A stretch of DNA of 64,000 nucleotides. Source: an uncultured Methanosarcinaceae archaeon (GTDB lineage: Archaea; Halobacteriota; Methanosarcinia; Methanosarcinales; Methanosarcinaceae). The DNA is taken from positions 252 through 64,251 of the forward strand of contig CAVRJG010000021.1 in NCBI GenBank assembly GCA_963721455.1. The letters are read 5' to 3'. The position numbers and the translations under genes were made by a program. Below are positions 61,167 through 64,000 of this stretch, piece by piece; the stretch's first letter is position 1; the number at the start of each line of letters is the position of its first letter. The notes beneath the pieces were generated by a model. The model was not told where the DNA came from, did not search any database, and was given only the letters and a program-made list of their open reading frames with translations.

Positions 61167-62747
61167 ATGAGCATGGAAATCAATAATACCGAAATGGCGG
61201 AAGAAATGTCGGAAGAACGGTCGGATAATTCTCCACTGTCTGACAATAATGTTACTCTGTCTGACAATAATAACTTCTCAGAAAACAGAGTTTTTGATGA
61301 CTCAAAAATTGCAAAATTAAACGGCATCCGAAGCCAGGGAATTAACCCATACCCCTATAAGTTCGAGAAGAATGGAGATATCCGTGATATACTGGAAAAA
61401 TTTGAAGATTTCGAGAAGAATGAGGGTTTAACTGTCCGAACCGCAGGAAGGCTTTACAATATCCGCAAGCATGGAAAAATGATATTTGCCGACCTCGGGG
61501 ACCAGGCAGGCAGGATTCAGTTCCTTTTAAGGAAAGGGAACCTTCCTGATGAGGACTTCGAAACTTTTAAAAACCTGGTTGATTCGGGAGATATCATAGG
61601 CATTCAGGGCGAGCTTTTCAGGACAAAAAGGGGTGAAAACTCTATCAGCGTGTCTGAGTTTTCCCTGCTCTCAAAATCCCTCTGCGCCCTTCCCGAAAAA
61701 TTCCACGGCTTAAAAGACATTGAAACCAGGTACAGGAAGAGATACCTTGACCTCATAGTCAATGCTGAAAAAAGGGATATTTTCGTCATGAGGAGCAAAC
61801 TCGTCTCAGAAATCAGGAGATTCCTTACTGAAAGGGAGTTTCTGGAGTTTGAAACTCCTGTGCTCCAGACCGTGTACGGAGGCGCAAATGCAAGGCCTTT
61901 CATGACTTTCCACAACTGCCTCGGGCAGAACCTCTTCCTGAGAATAGCCCCCGAACTCTACCTTAAAAGGCTTGTCGTTGGCGGGTATGAGAAGGTCTTT
62001 GAGATCGCCAAGAATTTCAGGAACGAAGACATCGACACGACCCATAACCCTGAGTTCACTATGATCGAGGTCTACGAGGCTTACAGGGACTACAATGACA
62101 TGATGGACTTAACCGAAGGCCTGATCTCGGAACTCGCGCTCAAGCTCACCGGCGGCTACGAAGTCAAAATAGGCGAAAACACGATTAACCTCCGTTCTCC
62201 CTGGAAGAGGATTTCTATGGAAGACGCCTTAAAAGAGTATGCCGGGCTTGATATCTTTGCCCACTCACTTGAAGAACTGAGGCAAATCGCAATCGAAAAC
62301 AGGATTGAGGATTACGAAAAGGCAAAGAGCTACGGAGAGTTCCTTGCCCTGCTCTTTGAGGGCCTGGTAGAAGACAAGCTGATAAATCCGACTTTCATAT
62401 ACGACTTCCCTGTGGAAAATTCCCCGCTTGCCAAGAACCACAGGTCAAAAGAAGGGTTTGTAGAGAGATTCGAACTCTTCCTTAACGGGTGGGAACTGGC
62501 AAACGGCTATTCAGAGTTAAATGATCCTCTTGAGCAGGAAAAGAGGTTCGAAGAACAGGATAAGAAAAGGAAGCTGGGAGACCTTGAAGCCCAGACAGTT
62601 GATTACGACTTCATAAACGCCCTCGGATACGGACTGCCCCCGACCGGTGGCATGGGGCTTGGAATCGACCGTCTTACCATGATCCTTGCGGGCCTGGAAT
62701 CCATCAAGGAAGTAATCCTCTTCCCGCAGATGAAAAGAGAGGATTGA
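61167..62747 (+). CDS. lysS: class II lysyl-tRNA synthetase
   Basis: OB fold, RYRKRYLDL, FETPVLQ, LRIAPELYLKRL, FRNE..D.THNPEF, GLPPTGGMGLGIDR. Confidence 0.97.
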   Translation: MSMEINNTEMAEEMSEERSDNSPLSDNNVTLSDNNNFSENRVFDDSKIAKLNGIRSQGINPYPYKFEKNGDIRDILEKFEDFEKNEGLTVRTAGRLYNIRKHGKMIFADLGDQAGRIQFLLRKGNLPDEDFETFKNLVDSGDIIGIQGELFRTKRGENSISVSEFSLLSKSLCALPEKFHGLKDIETRYRKRYLDLIVNAEKRDIFVMRSKLVSEIRRFLTEREFLEFETPVLQTVYGGANARPFMTFHNCLGQNLFLRIAPELYLKRLVVGGYEKVFEIAKNFRNEDIDTTHNPEFTMIEVYEAYRDYNDMMDLTEGLISELALKLTGGYEVKIGENTINLRSPWKRISMEDALKEYAGLDIFAHSLEELRQIAIENRIEDYEKAKSYGEFLALLFEGLVEDKLINPTFIYDFPVENSPLAKNHRSKEGFVERFELFLNGWELANGYSELNDPLEQEKRFEEQDKKRKLGDLEAQTVDYDFINALGYGLPPTGGMGLGIDRLTMILAGLESIKEVILFPQMKRED

Positions 62748-62782
62748 TTGAGATAAGGCTTAAGATTTCCCGCCAGACTGCC

Positions 62783-62820
62783 GGGTTTTACAGGGGGATT
62801 TGTTCCCCCTTTCTTTTTAT
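62783..62820 (+). terminator. hairpin plus T tract after lysS
   Basis: GGGGGA-TTTG-TTCCCCC followed by TTTCTTTTT. Confidence 0.55.
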
Positions 62821-62986
62821 GGCTCAACGCTGTGTTTCTATGATTTAATTTGATTTTTTATTCTTTACCTGCATCAATTATTTTTCCCTGTTTCTATCCC
62901 TTTGCCATGCTTGATACAAGCATTTATATTGATGCTCACTAACACAACAATTGAGTACATCTAACCAAAAACCGCTTACAGGAAAC

Positions 62987-64000
62987 ATGACCTTTCATAA
63001 CATCTTCAACTCTTTTCACCCGAAAATTCAGGATGCCCTTAAAACCCTTGGTTTTACAAAACCCACAGAACCTCAGGAAAGGGCATTTCCTCATATAATG
63101 GACGGAAAACACACCCTTTTAATAGCTCCTACAGGCTCCGGCAAGACCGAATCAGCCGTGCTGCCTGTTTTTAACAGTATCCTGAAAAAGAAACCCGAAG
63201 CCAGAAGGGGAATTTCCGCCCTTTATATAACTCCCCTGAGGGCACTTAACAGGGATATGCTTTCTCGCATTGAGATTTTGGGCAAGCTGCTCGACATCAA
63301 AGTCCAGGTCAGGCATGGGGATACCCCGCAAAGCGAAAGGCAGCGCCAATCCAGAAACCCTCCTGATGTCCTGATTACAACACCTGAGACCCTGCAGGCA
63401 ATGTTTACCGGTTCCCGCCTGCGGAAGAACCTTGAAACCGTAACCCATGTGGTTGTAGACGAAATTCACGAACTTGCCGGCTCAAAACGAGGAGCCCAGC
63501 TGGCTGTGGGGCTCGAGAGGCTTGTGGAAATTTCAGGGGAGTTTCAGAGAATCGGGCTTTCTGCAACAGTCGGGAACCCGTGGGAAATTGCAAAGTTTCT
63601 GGCTGGCACGGGAAGGGATTTTACTGTAATTGAAGTAGCCCTGCTGAAACTGCTTGAGTTCGATGTGGTCAACCCTGAAGCTTCCGGAGGGGGCGAGATA
63701 CGGGACAGAGAAATCCTGAAAATTGCAAACATTGTAGGCTGCGAGCCCGAATTTGCTTCTCACCTCCTCTGCATCAGGAAAATCGTTGAAGAGAGCCAGT
63801 CAACCCTTATTTTTGTAAATACGCGGCAGAGTGCAGAGGCTCTGGCTGCCGGTTTCCGTAAGCTTGGAGCATCCATAGGTGTGCACCACGGCTCTCTTTC
63901 TTTTGAAGCCCGTGTAGAAGCTGAGGAGGCATTCAAATCCGGAACTCTGAGAGGCCTTATCTGCACCTCGTCAATGGAGCTCGGGATCGATATCGGAAAT
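62987..64000 (+). CDS. Lhr-like DEAH-box helicase, runs off window (absent from track)
   Basis: [74 protein letters not shown]. Confidence 0.92.
   Translation, partial: MTFHNIFNSFHPKIQDALKTLGFTKPTEPQERAFPHIMDGKHTLLIAPTGSGKTESAVLPVFNSILKKKPEARRGISALYITPLRALNRDMLSRIEILGKLLDIKVQVRHGDTPQSERQRQSRNPPDVLITTPETLQAMFTGSRLRKNLETVTHVVVDEIHELAGSKRGAQLAVGLERLVEISGEFQRIGLSATVGNPWEIAKFLAGTGRDFTVIEVALLKLLEFDVVNPEASGGGEIRDREILKIANIVGCEPEFASHLLCIRKIVEESQSTLIFVNTRQSAEALAAGFRKLGASIGVHHGSLSFEARVEAEEAFKSGTLRGLICTSSMELGIDIGN

Overview
Archaeal chromosomal window whose gene content and style indicate Methanosarcina or a close relative: cofD, SepCysS plus CysRS, class II LysRS, nurA-herA, hpt-dph2-METTL5-csl4-rpoL, PKD surface proteins and GGAGG/GAGGTGA RBSs. 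It holds about 45 CDSs or pseudogenes, two tRNAs (Pro-TGG, Gly-CCC), a truncated IS1182-type transposase cut by a complete IS66-like element, and two MITE-like elements. The most unusual region is 41.0-49.7 kb. There, four genes encode secreted low-complexity peptides with a shared signal-peptide type, hypervariable Cys/Gly- or Asp/Arg-repeat bodies and a terminal Cys. They alternate with an APH/choline-kinase-like gene (one intact, two internally deleted copies). Each peptide gene is bracketed by a ~200-nt 5' leader and a 125-250-nt 3' element whose long stems are kept by compensatory and G-U changes. A further family member and a relic lie at 8.3-9.2 kb. Two genes that the ORF track splits are single reading frames with one in-frame TAG, and so are pyrrolysine read-through candidates: the ATP-dependent DNA ligase next to polX (codon 32) and the IS66-like transposase (codon 91). 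All assignments come from reading motifs by eye; no searches or folding programs were run.
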